From assembly GCA_043228905.1 (NCBI GenBank), contig JBHGNT010000009.1, positions 8,742,001-8,806,000 on the forward strand: 64,000 bases of DNA, written 5' to 3'. The DNA comes from Azolla caroliniana (Eukaryota > Plantae > Polypodiophyta). Each line of letters opens with the position of its first letter. Position 1 is the stretch's first letter. A model generated the notes under the pieces. The model saw only the letters and a list, made by a program, of their open reading frames with translations, made no database searches and was not told the origin of the DNA. Shown piece after piece: positions 25,015-37,700 of this stretch. The position numbers were made by a program, and so were the translations under genes.

Positions 25015-26784
25015 AGGGGGAGTTTGTTGGGATTTCGGTCCCTCCGGATGGGATGTCCCCGGAGATAAATGACGGCAAGCCCGGTTGCGGTTACGGAACC
25101 GGACGATGAAGAGTACCCGGCATGAAGCCGGATGAAGTGTACCCGGATGCGGATCCGGATGATGAAGAGTATCCGGATACGGATCCGGATGATGAAGAGT
25201 ACCCGGATACGGATCCGGATGCGGGGACATATTTGTGAATATGTTTGCCAAGGGCCCTTGAGGCTATATTTGTAAATAGCCCGAAAGTCATATGTGTATA
25301 AATATGACTTAGGGCAAACAGTTTATGTTGCTACTCATTTTTCTGTTTTTCCACTCAAGAGGAGTGAAGAGGAAGCAGCCGAGAGAGAGAGAGAGATAGA
25401 GCGAGAGAGAGACGAAGAGGTAGACGCCTCTGTGTATTTCCGCCGCCTGTGGCGAGGACAGCGAGTTCAAGGTCGTTGCCTTGCAGCTCGCCATTGTATA
25501 TTTCTCTGTGCATAGTTTGGTTTGGAGTCACGCACTCCCGTGGTTTTTCCCGTATAGGGTTTTCCACGTTAATCCCTGTGTATCGCGTCTTTCTCTGTAT
25601 TTCCTATTTTCTGCTGCATTGATCCGCGATTACTCGGTTGTGGCCGAGCGGAGAAGGTGAATCGAGGACGGTGATTCCTTACAGGATGCGCCTAAGTTAA
25701 GCGCGAATTGTGGGGTATCGTTTCGGCAGTTAAGGCCAACAAAGATTACCTAATCGACAAAGAAGTAATCATCGAGACAATCTGCCTGTCGATTCTCGAT
25801 ATGGTTTCCAGATGCATGACTCCAGAATTGGCGATGCTCAGGTGGATCGCGTACATTAAGTCCCTCACCCTAAAGATATCGTACATCTCCAGGAAAGACA
25901 ACTCCATTGCCGACATGCTATCAAGAGCACGGTACAACAACGAAGACGCCATGGTATTGGAAGATGAAGAAGTCGGTGTGGACTTCTTCAAGTCGACTCG
26001 GTTGTCGGCAAATGGGCACAACACTCCGACCCTGCACAAGTTCAACGAGGAAGATTACAACAGGGAGAGGCTTCGGATAGGACGGTTCCTGAGCTCGATG
26101 ACAACGAATGCATCGGAGACCAAGGAAGAGGTGAGTCAGATCTGAAAGAAGGCATACAAGTTCTTCCTGAGGGATGGTAAGATATGGCATCATCCAAAGA
26201 AGCTAAATGGCAGACCACTCCGGGTGGTGATGCGAGCGAAAGACTAGTCAATGCTGATATCAAAGTTTCGTGAGAGTCCCTGGTCCGGACATCGGCGAAC
26301 ATGGGCGACGTTTGAGAAGCTGAAGGGAAAGTACTGGTGACCAGAAATGTACGGGGATGTCACCACTTCGTGTTGACATGCGAGAGCTGCCAAATGCACT
26401 CGGTAGTTTGGCACCGCGACAAGCTGCACTTACCCATCGACCATTCAATTCAAATGGATGGTCAATTTAGTAGACGATGCAGATGGGGGTGGGGTAGATG
26501 CGGTACTTGGTGCTAGCAAGAGAAGATCTGACGAACCAGGTAGAGGGCCGAGCCTTGCCAAACAAGAGTACCGCAACCATGTGTTGATTCCTGATCGAGG
26601 ACGTGATATGCCAATACGGGTGCGTCAGGAAAATCATAGCCAACCAAGGGCTGTTGGATGCGCAAGACGCCGAGGAGTTGTTCAACCGACTAGGGGTCAA
26701 GCTTTCCCTCACAACGGTGTACAATACGGAGGCGAATGGGAATGTCGAGCGCGAACATGGGCACTCGTGAAGAGGATTGTAAGG

Positions 26785-27167
26785 TGTGAAAGTTATGTGC
26801 GAAAGCTATACGTACAAAAGAATAACGAACAGAAGGTTTATTGGAAAGCTTAGAACAAAAGAAAACACAAAGTAAGCGGGAGAGATAGAGAGAGAAAAAA
26901 ACACAGAAACTTTATTCAAACAATACAATACACTCTATACATAGGATGTGCTCAGAGAGCACTTTTATACAAGTCCATACGGACTAACAAAAGTATTGAG
27001 TCGTACTTCAATGCTCATTAATGAGCCCCTACACTAACTCCCAAAATATATTCCTCCACGGAATATCTATCCAACGGCCTCCCGGTTTACGCACCTATAT
27101 AGCCTTTAGTTACGCACCCAGTCTACGCACCTGTTTACGCACCCAATGTTGAGCTTGTATCTCAACA
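26785..27167 (-). mobile_element. Solo LTR (383 bp) related to the copia LTR at 3430, inserted in gypsy integrase
   Basis: TGT...ACA; TSD TAAGG/TAAGG; removal restores LVKRIVRACEGRVRNWP; GTGCTCAGAGAGCACTTTTATACAAG is near reverse complement of 3733-3760. Confidence 0.85.
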
Positions 27168-27284
27168 TAAGGGCATGCGAAGGACGAGTCAGAAATTGGC
27201 CATGCGTTGTGAGCCGACCGAACTACACACATTTCAGTAACCGGATACATGTCAACCAAACTCATGTTCAAACAAAAGCCGATT

Positions 27285-27465
27285 ATGTTGCCATCTCTTC
27301 GAGAATGTGCAATCCGCAGATCGCGTACCATCTTCGTCAACTCTTCCAAAGTTGCGTCGTCGGATGGTCCCTCAACCACATTGGTCGAAACTGGGCCCAA
27401 CTCGAGCCGCGTTCTTGTCTCATCCGACTAAGTCAGAATCTCCTCCGGCCTCTTCCGGTAGTCAG
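27285..27465 (-). mobile_element. Inverted gypsy gag fragment homologous to ~17460-17620
   Basis: GPVSTNVVEGPSDDATLEELTKMVRDL matches GPVPTNVVEGPSGGVVLEEMTK. Confidence 0.75.
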
Positions 27466-27965
27466 GCCTACTCAAAAAGTGATGTCAACAATTTAGGTAT
27501 TATGAAGCAAAAGTGAAGGCATTATACATATTCCAATTGAACAATAACCTCCAATACCTAAAGAACTCAAAAATGATTTCAAAATGAGGCATCACTTTAT
27601 TGCTCTCCATATGTGCCAAAACCTAATTGAATGAAGATAATTTACTTCAATCAAAGACATCTCGAGGTTGAAGCATGCTACGGTGTACAAACTTTTGCCC
27701 AAATTTTAGTACTAATTCTACAAGGAGAAAAAACATACAAATTCAAAATAACACAATTTTTGGCCAAAAAGGTGGATCATTACATGTTATAAAATTATAA
27801 GTCACATTGAATGAGTTTTGGATTCAAATAATAATAACAATAACAATCAAAATGTCCCTCGTGTAATAAATTACACTTGAAGTTTCATGGTTCACACTCC
27901 TAGGTAAAGTTGTACGGAGTACAAAGCTTTAGAAGATCTCAAACGTGTCAATAGGTCAGTCAGTT

Positions 27966-28008
<43 letters not shown>

Positions 28009-28639
28009 CCACCTTCTACTTGTTGCTTCCCCTCATTCTCTAGTTATTGTTCTCACTGTTTCCCCGCGTTCGTTGCATGTTGTTCTCGTTGTGATCCCTA
28101 TGCAAAATCCAAGAATTCTCTGCTTGTCGTGGCTACATCGTGAATTGCTCGTTGCATTCCATTAGGTCGTTGTGTTCCCGTTGTTGTCTCCTCTGCTCAT
28201 TGAGTTCCCTGTGCAACGACCTCTGCTTGTTGTTTTCCCTCTACTCGGTGTGCTCCCTTTGTAAAGATCTCTGCTCGGTATGTTCCCTTTGCCTCGACCT
28301 TTGCTCATTGTGTTCCCTCTACAACAGGTACGACATCTTGGTCTCCTCCTTTTGGTTCCATGTTCTATAGTTCTTGTTCTTATTTTGTCCATGTGTTGTT
28401 CGTGATTTTCTACTTTATACTCTTAAAAGAGTATATAGATACATTACAAAGGTCAAGAATTTGTTGAATCATCGATTACCACATCTTGCTTGGAATGTTG
28501 GATATAAGATACAAAAGAATCATAAGAGAAATTCTCTCATCCGGTTGGGTTGTTGACATAAGAAAATAGTTTAGAAGATAGGGTGTGGATTATCTTTTAG
28601 AGCTTTCGAGTGATACTATGCAGTATATAATGATTGAGG

Positions 28640-29203
28640 AAAGGTTGGTGAATCATTAAGGATGAAGTGGGAAGATGCTAAGAGGACAAAGCTAGATTAC
28701 TACATTGCAAATGTCAACCCTGAATGTTGGTCCCAATATAAACCAAGAATGCCTATTGATCATATCTAACCTTATATCATTACCAATATGAGAGTAATGC
28801 TCATAGAGCCCTTACACTACTTCACACTCGATCTCACAAGTTAGGTGTTGAAGTTGCATCATAGTATCAAAATGTAACAAATTTGAAGACATGTAAAGTA
28901 TGCACTGAAGGCATGGTAGAGGATGAATGTCACTTGCTCTTCACATGCTTAGCATATAGTGCAATTCGTTCAAGATATGTTGACATACTAAGAGGACGGG
29001 ATACCATAAGTGCCATCCTTAAGACACCCCATAGAAGGTTGAGCTCGTATGTGTATATGCATAGAGACTTTTTACTTCAATGTATGAATACCCCTTTTTA
29101 GGAAGGAGACACATATCAAGAACACATGTATACTTTGGTCCCATAGGTCAAAATTGGCCTCTTTTTGGACGATAAAAATTCTAATTCTAATTCTAATTCT
29201 AAT
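28640..29203 (+). mobile_element. 3' end of a LINE with C-terminal zinc finger and microsatellite tail
   Basis: CKVCTEGMVEDECHLLFTCLAYSAIRSRY (CCHC finger of LINE ORF2); tail (AATTCT)n at ~29177-29203. Confidence 0.75.
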
Positions 29204-30357
29204 ATTTCTATTATTACTTCAAACAAAGTAAACTCCCATTAACCATGTGCAGCAAAACAATTTTGTTATTGTTAAGAAGCTCATTTATTATAAATTTTTG
29301 GGGATTCAATGTATCCATGACTATAATTCTCAAATAGAACCATCTAGAAATTCTCAATCTCATTTATCATGATTCACTCAAATAGCTACAAAATCGAATT
29401 CACCTTTTCCTATCTTGGCTTTAGACACACTCATAAGTCAACCTATTGTCAAGCACCTTTGTTTCCATTAGGTTCATTAACCTAACTGGAACAATCAACC
29501 AAGCTTCAAATGAAAATGATAGCAACGGAAGGATGAAAACGATAGGTGGAAGAAAAGTTGATGCCATGGACGTGCAATAAAAAGCACCATGAAACGAGGT
29601 GAGACAAAAATGGGCATGAAAAAAGAAGGGCACTTCCCCATCTTGCCAAGCCATTATCAACATATCACCCAAACTAAAGAGGCAATTGAGCACATATGGG
29701 CATGCCCAAACAATGGTTTCTCCCCTATAAAACACACTTACAATAGACTTGAGCACCTCCGTGAGGGCATTTCAAGATTCATTGCCAAATAGTCATCTCA
29801 CTTAGAAAAACTAAGAAAACACAAGTGATGGTGAGCACTAATGACCAAACACAGCATGGACTTCAATATCATCTCAAACATACATGGAGCAAGTCTGTTA
29901 AATACATACTCACACAAATCTCTACAATAATATTTATGAACAATTTAATTTCATTACAAAAACTCATAAATTTCAATGGCAATTCTTCGTAAGTAATAAA
30001 GTTATGCTATGTGACACACTCAAACACCAACTAGAGGAATTTGAAATAGAAAAGAAATGTACTCAAGCGAAACTCCGATGTGATCACTCAATTTGAGGAA
30101 GAGAAGGAGATCAAACAAGACCTTCACGGCCTCATGGAAGAATTGAGAAACACGATTTGACATAGAACTTACTAACTTTTTCAAGCACAATACACTTTCA
30201 AGAGGCCTTAGGAGTGGCAAATGGTATGCTTCAAAACTTAATTGAGGCATTGTACAAGCTTTAAGCGAGGATATCCAAAAGCTCTGCACAACAAGATATA
30301 TTTGGGGTAGGCTTAAGATGGCATAGTAAGAAAGGCCTAAGCAGAATGAATTCAAAG

Positions 30358-30539
30358 CAAAGAGGAAACATAAATTTACCAATCTCTATGATAGATGAAC
30401 ACAAATTTATCTAATCAAAGAGGAAAAACAAAATTACCAATCTCTACGCGCAACTAGATGAACACAAAGTCATCTAATCAAAGAGGCAAAACAAAATTAC
30501 CAATCTCTATGCACAACTTGATGAACACAAAGTCATCTT
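30358..30539. repeat. ~60-bp tandem repeat, ~3 copies
   Basis: AAAGAGG..AACAAAATTACCAATCTCTA..GATGAACACAAA..CATCT repeated. Confidence 0.75.
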
Positions 30540-31914
30540 AGCTTACCTTGGAGTTAGCTTTAGAAGCAACACCATGGACCGTGGTTTGGCTCTACTAGCA
30601 ACACCGGCATAACTACAAAATATGGTGAAATATTCTGATGAAACAGCAAAATAAACATGCTTGGAAACTACACGACTACTTGAGATGAACTAGGGAGAGA
30701 ATTCACCTTTTAGACATTATAGGTATACAATCCTTGAAGTAAAGGAGATACAATACACGACTTCCCATGCCACCTCTCATGAGGATATGAAATTAGCTCT
30801 CAACGAGCGTTTTGCTAATCACTATTAGAAAGTTTTTCTTTGTCCTAAATTGTCAAATCAGGAACTTAATTTGCTAAGCAAAAAATTCCAATTAGATAAG
30901 TAAGAGTGCAATTTGCGACTCTATACCTATGTTTGCAAGAGTATAAACTTCTTCGGAGGTCACTTCAAACCAAGAGTTCTGATTTCACTCGCACAATTCA
31001 TGTGGCATCCATTGTAAGTGACCATTGCCTCATTTCTCCAGAGCAAGGGCGTATCAAGATGCAACTCCAAAGGTTCCAATCCGAAAACAAACACACAGAA
31101 ACACACAATATGTTGAAAGAATGAGCACAAATCTTGTTGGCATGGTGCGGTAAAACCGACCTGGAAAAGAAATCACGATGGAGAAGAGCCAAAAGCCTGC
31201 AATGTGTTTGATCATTCCCACTCTTTGAAGTGTTTTGCTTACCCTCTAGATGTGAGAGGATCCAATTATATTATTCATTCGATGTCGAAACATTAGTTTG
31301 TACTGTGAAGATCTGATACTAAAATAATCGATTGCATGGTGGCTCAATATGGCTGGATGCCGAAACATGGCTTACAGAGTGTGAAGTTCTGACACCAAAA
31401 CAATCCATCACGTTAAAAAAATGAATGGTTTACATTTCCGAGCTTTGCGAAACAATGACATGACCATAGCAAAGATTTGAGAATCTGATAGTGCTTTCCA
31501 ACCTCCCCCTTAAATATCATTCACAAACAGCTCTGATCAAAACACAGCAAACAAAACAAGGAAATCCTTCGATTCTGTAAGGGAACTTTAAGAGGATCTC
31601 TGGTACGACGAAGGGGTTCTGATTTTCCAGAGATTTCCTTCCCTGCATAAACAACGTTTAGGGCAAAATATTTGAAGACCCTGTTTGAGTAGTTTCCTTT
31701 ATTTCTCCAAATACCCCTAAATATGTTCATCTCTTTCTATTCCACTAATAAAAGTTCACTAAATTCTTACAATGATGATTTAAATTTTTTTATGTTTTGT
31801 TTTGGGGGGGGGGGGAGGGGGCCATTATCATCAAATTAGGATCATTCACATGCAATTGTCTTCCAATATCATCACATATATTTTTCCATTGATTCGGTTC
31901 TTGTGTGTGTGAGT

Positions 31915-32385
31915 CATGACTAGCAATGGGCCCGGTTCGGTTTCGATTTGGTTCGGTTTCAGTGCCTTCAAACCAAACCAAACCTTTTATGAACATTCGA
32001 ACATTTAAACCAAACCATTTAAAAAAAAGGTAAACTAAACCATTTAAACCAAAACCGTTTAGGGAAAAGTTAAAACCAAACCGAACCATTTAATAAAAAG
32101 TTTAAACCTAACCACATTTAAAGCCAAGGTAATTAACAAATTACTTAAATAAAAATACACAAAATTAAAAAACCATTTTTGTTTAAATAAATAATTAAGA
32201 TTAATTGAGCCATTAGATTAAATAAACAATTAAGTTACGTGAATTAAACCAATGAAAAACATTAATTAAACCATTAAATTACATAAACATTTAATGGATA
32301 AAAAAAAGATAGCCCAAAAACCTATAAACCCTGTTACCCTTGTTTCAAAACGAAACCAAACTGAAACTAAACCGTTTATTATTAA
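31915..32385. mobile_element. Probable hAT-like non-autonomous DNA transposon remnant
   Basis: Clusters of GGTTCGGTTT and AAACCGAACC subterminal-type motifs in both orientations in AT-rich DNA; TIR and TSD not resolved. Confidence 0.45.
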
Positions 32386-32390
32386 TTAAA

Positions 32391-32560
32391 GGGAAAAGTA
32401 CTAGGATACCCCTAGAAGTTCGCCTATTTACCAGAATACCCTTGCGAGTTCCAAATTTACCAAACTACCCTTATGTCCAAAAAAATACACTTTATAAAGT
32501 AATTATACACTCAAAGCTACAAGCCCTATTTACTAGAATACCCTTCAAACACAAATTTCT
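32391..32560 (+). mobile_element. Possible Mutator-like terminal repeat remnant
   Basis: GGGAAAAGTAC start with repeated TATTTAC(C/T)AGAATACCCT motifs; partner end not found. Confidence 0.3.
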
Positions 32561-33010
32561 TTACATAAGCGATTCTTTATATCTAATTCCATTCAATTAA
32601 TCACTAATCATTCATCATTCATCACTAATCATTAATCATCATAAATCTTAATCTCTTCAAATTACAGAGGGAATTTGGAATTTGCATTGAAAAGGAAATT
32701 GAGTGGGGTCTCTGTTTAATTAATTCCATTACCACATTTTTTGCTCTTTTTTCTTAATCCCATCCATGTCTTCTTCTTCTTCTTCTCTGTATTTCTTTCC
32801 CTCTTTAAAACCTGTTCTGTAATTACTTTAGTTCCTCCATAATTATTTTGTCGTCTCTTCTTTTCTGTCTGATTGTCTGACTGTCTTTTGTTAATTCCTC
32901 GTTTCCTTTTTCTTTATCAAACCTAAATCTCTACAGATCGATCTATCCATCCATATCCATATCCATATATGTATGTATGTATGTATGTATGTATAATGTA
33001 TCTCAATCGT

Positions 33011-33732
33011 TGTCGTAGTGTATTTCGTACACTACGTGAAAAAGTAAAAATAATATAACCGATTTAATTACATATAAATAAATAAAATAAGAATATCAAG
33101 ATATTTATCACGTGCATAGGGCAAGATTCGAACCTTGTACCTCCATGTAGCCAAACCTCAACTTTACCATTATGCTACCTTATCTTTAGTGCTCTATGAA
33201 TAGATTAATAACTATAAGTTCTTTATTTGCGCCTACCTTTATTAAAAGGTAAATCATGCATTTTTAGAGTGCGTGAATATTTTATAGAAAAACGCAAGCA
33301 ACTAAAAAGTGACTCATGCACATCTAGCGTGCATGAGCACTATATTTAGCAAATAAAAGCAAGGATTAGAAAAGCATCACATGCACATTTAGTGTGCATG
33401 AACATATTAGAAAAAAGCATGTAGCTATGCTTAGTCTCTCCCATCACTATATAAGGATGGGGAGCACATTGTAGTTTTTGTTGATTATTTTTCTATAATG
33501 ATCAATCAATCTAAAATATTCGTGGGATTCACGAATTTGCTAAAATAATTCTCTCTTACTACCTAAATATTGACTAAATATACTAAACTCGTGGGATTCA
33601 CGAGATTCTTATCTTATAACTCTTTATACCTATTCTTTACTAGCCTTATTTGTATTTTTCTTTCTCCTAGTCCAAAACCCCGGTGGTTCCCACCCGACTC
33701 ACGCAAACGATCCGGAGCCGAAAGGCACGACA
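33011..33732 (+). mobile_element. Solo LTR (722 bp), close relative of the LTRs at 57085/62807
   Basis: TGTCGTAGTGTATT...GGCACGACA; 4-bp TSD TCGT/TCGT; colinear homology to 57085-57791. Confidence 0.93.
33111..33185 (-). ncRNA. tRNA-derived module antisense in LTR U3
   Basis: Minus strand GGTAGCATAATGGTAAAG...GGAGGTACAAGGTTCGAATCTTG (A box, B box). Confidence 0.55.
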
Positions 33733-33912
33733 TCGTTGTCTCCATCACCATCGCCATATCTAAGTTCTCTCTCTCTTCTCTCGCTTTCATCTCTTTAATT
33801 TGTCTTCCCATTTTCTGCTCCTTTTTGTTTTAAATCCTCCAGTCTTCTCTGTCTAAATTCCCTCACCCTAAACCCTAATTAGCTAGCTAGCTTCTTGTTT
33901 CTTTCCATTTCT

Positions 33913-33951
<39 letters not shown>

Positions 33952-34187
33952 CTCCATCTCTGTGGTAACCTAAATGTCTGTCATACTGTGTTGCCCGGTT
34001 CAGTAGGCTGTATCTATCCCTAAGCTTTCGCATCTTATTCTTTACATGGTATCAGAGCGCGAGGGTTAGAAGAATCCTCTACAGCCGACAAAGCTTCTAA
34101 CACAGACCAAGGAAACCAGAAGAAGACAAGAACATGGACAGAGGAATGGGTGGTGCTCTTCCAATAGAGAAGTTGGACTGAAGCAAC

Positions 34188-34735
34188 TTACAAGGATTAG
34201 CACGGAATATTGCTCGGCGAACAACCGAGTCTTGAAAACTTCGACGAGAATGGAGAACACAGAAATGAGAGCTAAAGAGTGATCACAAGATGTTTATGTG
34301 GAAAACCCTAATAGGGAAAAACCACGGGAGCCTGCAGACTTCGAACTATCACTATGAAGAGAAGGGGGTACAATCAGAGACTCGTAGGCAACGACCTCAA
34401 GCTCAGTTTCTTCACCAACCGGCGGTTACAACAAAGTATCGCTCTATATCTCTCTCTCCCTCTCTTTAGCTCTCTTCTGTACAACGGTTACAACAATTAT
34501 ATTTCACACACCACACTCTATACCAAAGTGATTGCCCTAAGGCATATTTATACTTATATGAACTTAGGGCTATTTACAAATATAGCCTCAATAGGCTTAC
34601 TCAAAACATATTTACAAATATGTCTTCTCTTCCGGTTCTCACCGGCTCTCTTTCGGTTTCCGGATGTCTTCTAGTTCTCACCGAGTTCTCTTTATTCATC
34701 ACCGGATCCCATCTAGAGAGATCGATTTCCCAACA
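34188..34735 (-). mobile_element. Copia solo LTR related to the 36838 and 20253 families
   Basis: TSD GCAAC/GCAAC; removal restores gag EKLD*SNYASWEYKM; shares GTGGAAAACCCT..GGGAAAAACCACGGGAG and GGGCTATTTACAAATATAGCCTC. Confidence 0.82.
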
Positions 34736-37700
34736 GCAACTACGCATCTTGGGAATACAAGATGCACTAGTACCTACTCGGGCACGGCTACTGGAGTTAC
34801 ATCCATGGAGAAAACAAAGTAGCACTAGAATTGACACACAAGGATTTTTCGGTCTGGGAGCACACAACAAGTAGAATCTTGTATTGTCTTGCATCCTATG
34901 TGCACGACCAGATGTTGGGCTACATTCGAAATGCAAAGACACCAAATGAGGCCTGGCAAAGTACCACAACCCGCAAGTCGCAACTTTGTCATGAGCTCAA
35001 GAATATCCAACAAAGGGATATGACGATGATCGACTACACCACAAAATTCAAGGAGATCTATGATGCCTTGGGTTCCATCAATGTGACAATGGGCAAGGAC
35101 GACATGGTACAAATCTGTCTTGGTGTTCTAGCGCAACGGTATGAGTTGATTAGAACGGCAATCTACACAAGGGAGAAGCTGCTGACCTTCTTCGGCCTAC
35201 AATCAATGCTTCTAGTCGAAGAAAACCACATAGATGTGTCAAGCAACACACACTCTAATGGTAGGATGTTGTATACAGAGGCAGATCAATCTTGTGGGCA
35301 TGGGCAGAGAGGCAGTTCAACACACGCGAATGGTGGTCAAAATGAGCAGAGACAAAACAAAAGAGAAGAAAGCAGTCGGGGACCCTCCACAAGTAGGGGG
35401 AATCAAGGTGGTGCCGGAAGCCGGCAAACCAAGTCGACGAACTGCTAGTACTGTGTTAAAAACGGCCACAGGGAAAGCAAGTGTTGGAAGAAGAAGGCTG
35501 ATTCTGCCAGAGCAAAATCAAGTAGAGCCTAATCAAGAAATCAGTAGAGATCGCACTACACGGAGAATTCAGGGCATGCTGGAAAGGACCTTGCATTCGT
35601 GATGAAGCACAAAGCCAATTCGATGGAGGCGAGCACCTCGAAACCCAAGGAAGTGGAGTATGTTGACTCCAGAGCTTCTAACCATATGACGAACCAGAAA
35701 GAATGGTTATCAAGTCTAGAGAAGCCAGAGCATTGTATACGTTGAGACCGGTGACGACACGACTCACACCATCGAATATGTCGGCGATGTTCCCTTTAGC
35801 CACGTTGGCCACAAAGGTTTGATGAGAAACGTCTTGCATGTGCCGACAATCACCGAGAACTTGGTGTTGGTTGGACAAATTGTCAACCAGGGAATGCAAG
35901 TCGGATTCACTCATCACGACTACTTCATCGAAGAGGAAGTCCACATAATCGTGCGTGGGCGCAGTAAAGGGAGGATTTTTATCCTCGACACAAACGACGT
36001 TGGCGCCACTATGTTTGCAAAAGGACAGAAGGTGGAATCCAATATCGTCTTGTGGCTCAAGCGGATCAATCACATCAACTTCCCAATGCTTCATGACATG
36101 TAGACAAAATAGATAGTTTTCGGCTTGCTGAAATTCAGTTGTCGGAAGGCCCAGGTTGATGAAGCGTGCCAACTTGGCAAGCAGCAACAACTTCCTTTCC
36201 CTAAAGAGCGTAATCGGAGCCGTAACAAGCTCGACTTAATCCATTCGAATGTATGGGGACCAACGCAAAATGTGAGCGTCGGTGGGAGCCGATATTTCAT
36301 CTCCTTCATCAATGAATTCACTTGCAAATACATGCCAGAACAGAATGGCGTGGTCGAAAGGAAGAACCAAATGATTGAGGAAGCGGCAAGGGAAATGCTT
36401 GAAGAGAAGCATATGCCTAAGTTTTATTGGATCGAAACCGTCCGAATAGTTGTCTATCTTTAGAATTCGACATCGGCGAGTGAATCACAAGTGTCCCCGT
36501 ATGAGCTTTATTTTTGGGCATAAGCCGAATTTGACGCATTTACGGGTGTTCAGCAACATCGCATCTGTGCATGTGCCAAAAGTGAAGGGGAGGAAGTTGG
36601 GCCCAAAAGTAGAGAAGTGCATGCTTGTTGGATACTCGAATGAGCAAAAGGGTTATAAATGCTATAACCCCTAAACCAAAGAGGTGTGTGTAAGCCAAGA
36701 TGTTTTTGACGAATCGGCTTCTTGGTATCTACCTCCGACCAATTTGATCCATGTGGACTCCATGCCTAATTCCAAAGACGAGGCCAATGAGGCCAATCAA
36801 ATGGATGAGGGAGAAATCAGTACTCTAGAGGAGAGTCTGTTGGGAATTCGGTCCCTCCGGATGGGATCCAGATGAGAATCGAAGGAGTCGGATCAGACGA
36901 ACCGGATCCAGAAGGGTTCCGGATGAGACCCAAAAACCGGATTGAGTGAATCCGGATGGATCCGGTGCAAACTGGATCCAAGGATATATGTGTAAATATG
37001 TTTCATGGTGAGGCCATCGAGGCTATATTTGTAAATAGCCCTAAAGTCATATAAGTATAAATATGACTTAGGGAAATCACTTTAAAGAGTGAGGTGGTTA
37101 TTGTTAGATGTTGTATATTGTTGTATACAGAGAGTGAGTGAGTGAGAGAGAGATATGCAGAACTAGTTTTCTATTTGTAACCGACCATTGGCGAAGACAT
37201 AGAGCTCGAGGTTGTTGCCTCTAAGTCCCACTTTGTATTCCTCCTCTCATAGTGATAGTTGGAGTCTGTGGGCTCCCATGGTTTTTCCCATTTAGGGTTT
37301 TCCACGTAAACATCCTGTGTCATTTGGGTTTTAGTTTGTTCTCTTCTATTCCTTGTTGAAGACTCTGTTGTGGCCGAGCATTATTTCCGCACAAACTGGT
37401 ATCAGATCTTACAAGGGAATGGAAGAATCATTCAGAGTCATGTTCAATCTCACCGACTCCAACTACCCAGTGTGGAAGTCGAGGATGAGGGACATGCTCG
37501 TGGTAAAAGATCTCTGGTTGCCGGTACAGTTCAGGGACAAGAAACCAGACAAGATCGATGCCATGACATGGAAGGTGATGCACATGAAGACAACGACATA
37601 CATGCGGTGCTTCATCCACATGAGCCTATATAACAACTTCAATGAAGAAAGTAAAGCTCATGTGCTCTAGGAGAAAATCGGCACCATGTTGGAGAGTAAA

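Larger units (their letters stand above)
20253..25683 (+). mobile_element. Intact, very young Ty1/copia element; LTRs 20253-20911 and 25025-25683
   Basis: 659-bp LTRs TGTT...TACA with one difference seen (T20571/C25343); TSD GGATG/GGATG; PBS TGGTATCAGAGC 20915-20926; PPT GAAGGGGGAG 25013-25022. Confidence 0.98.
16173..27250 (+). mobile_element. Degenerate Ty3/gypsy element of the tRNA-Trp-primed group (5' LTR 16173-17057; gag-PR-RT-RH-INT; 3' end lost)
   Basis: LTR TGTCGTG...CGTGACA; PBS TGGTGAACCCGACGTGAA at 17062; LINHGSEINL (PR); YSVGDLYSRYNQF and LPQGGMNS (RT); VTVDVSPT (RH); interrupted at 20253-25683 and 26785-27167. Confidence 0.88.

Noticed and set aside
28080-28400. Cys-rich ORF resembling a metal-binding protein
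   Set aside because: Arises from degenerate TGTTCCCT/CTCTGCT repeats next to a (CT)n microsatellite
29300-31800. Possible host gene exons on the minus strand
   Set aside because: A few splice-donor-like sites, but no recognisable protein motif or coherent exon chain; needs BLASTX and RNA-seq
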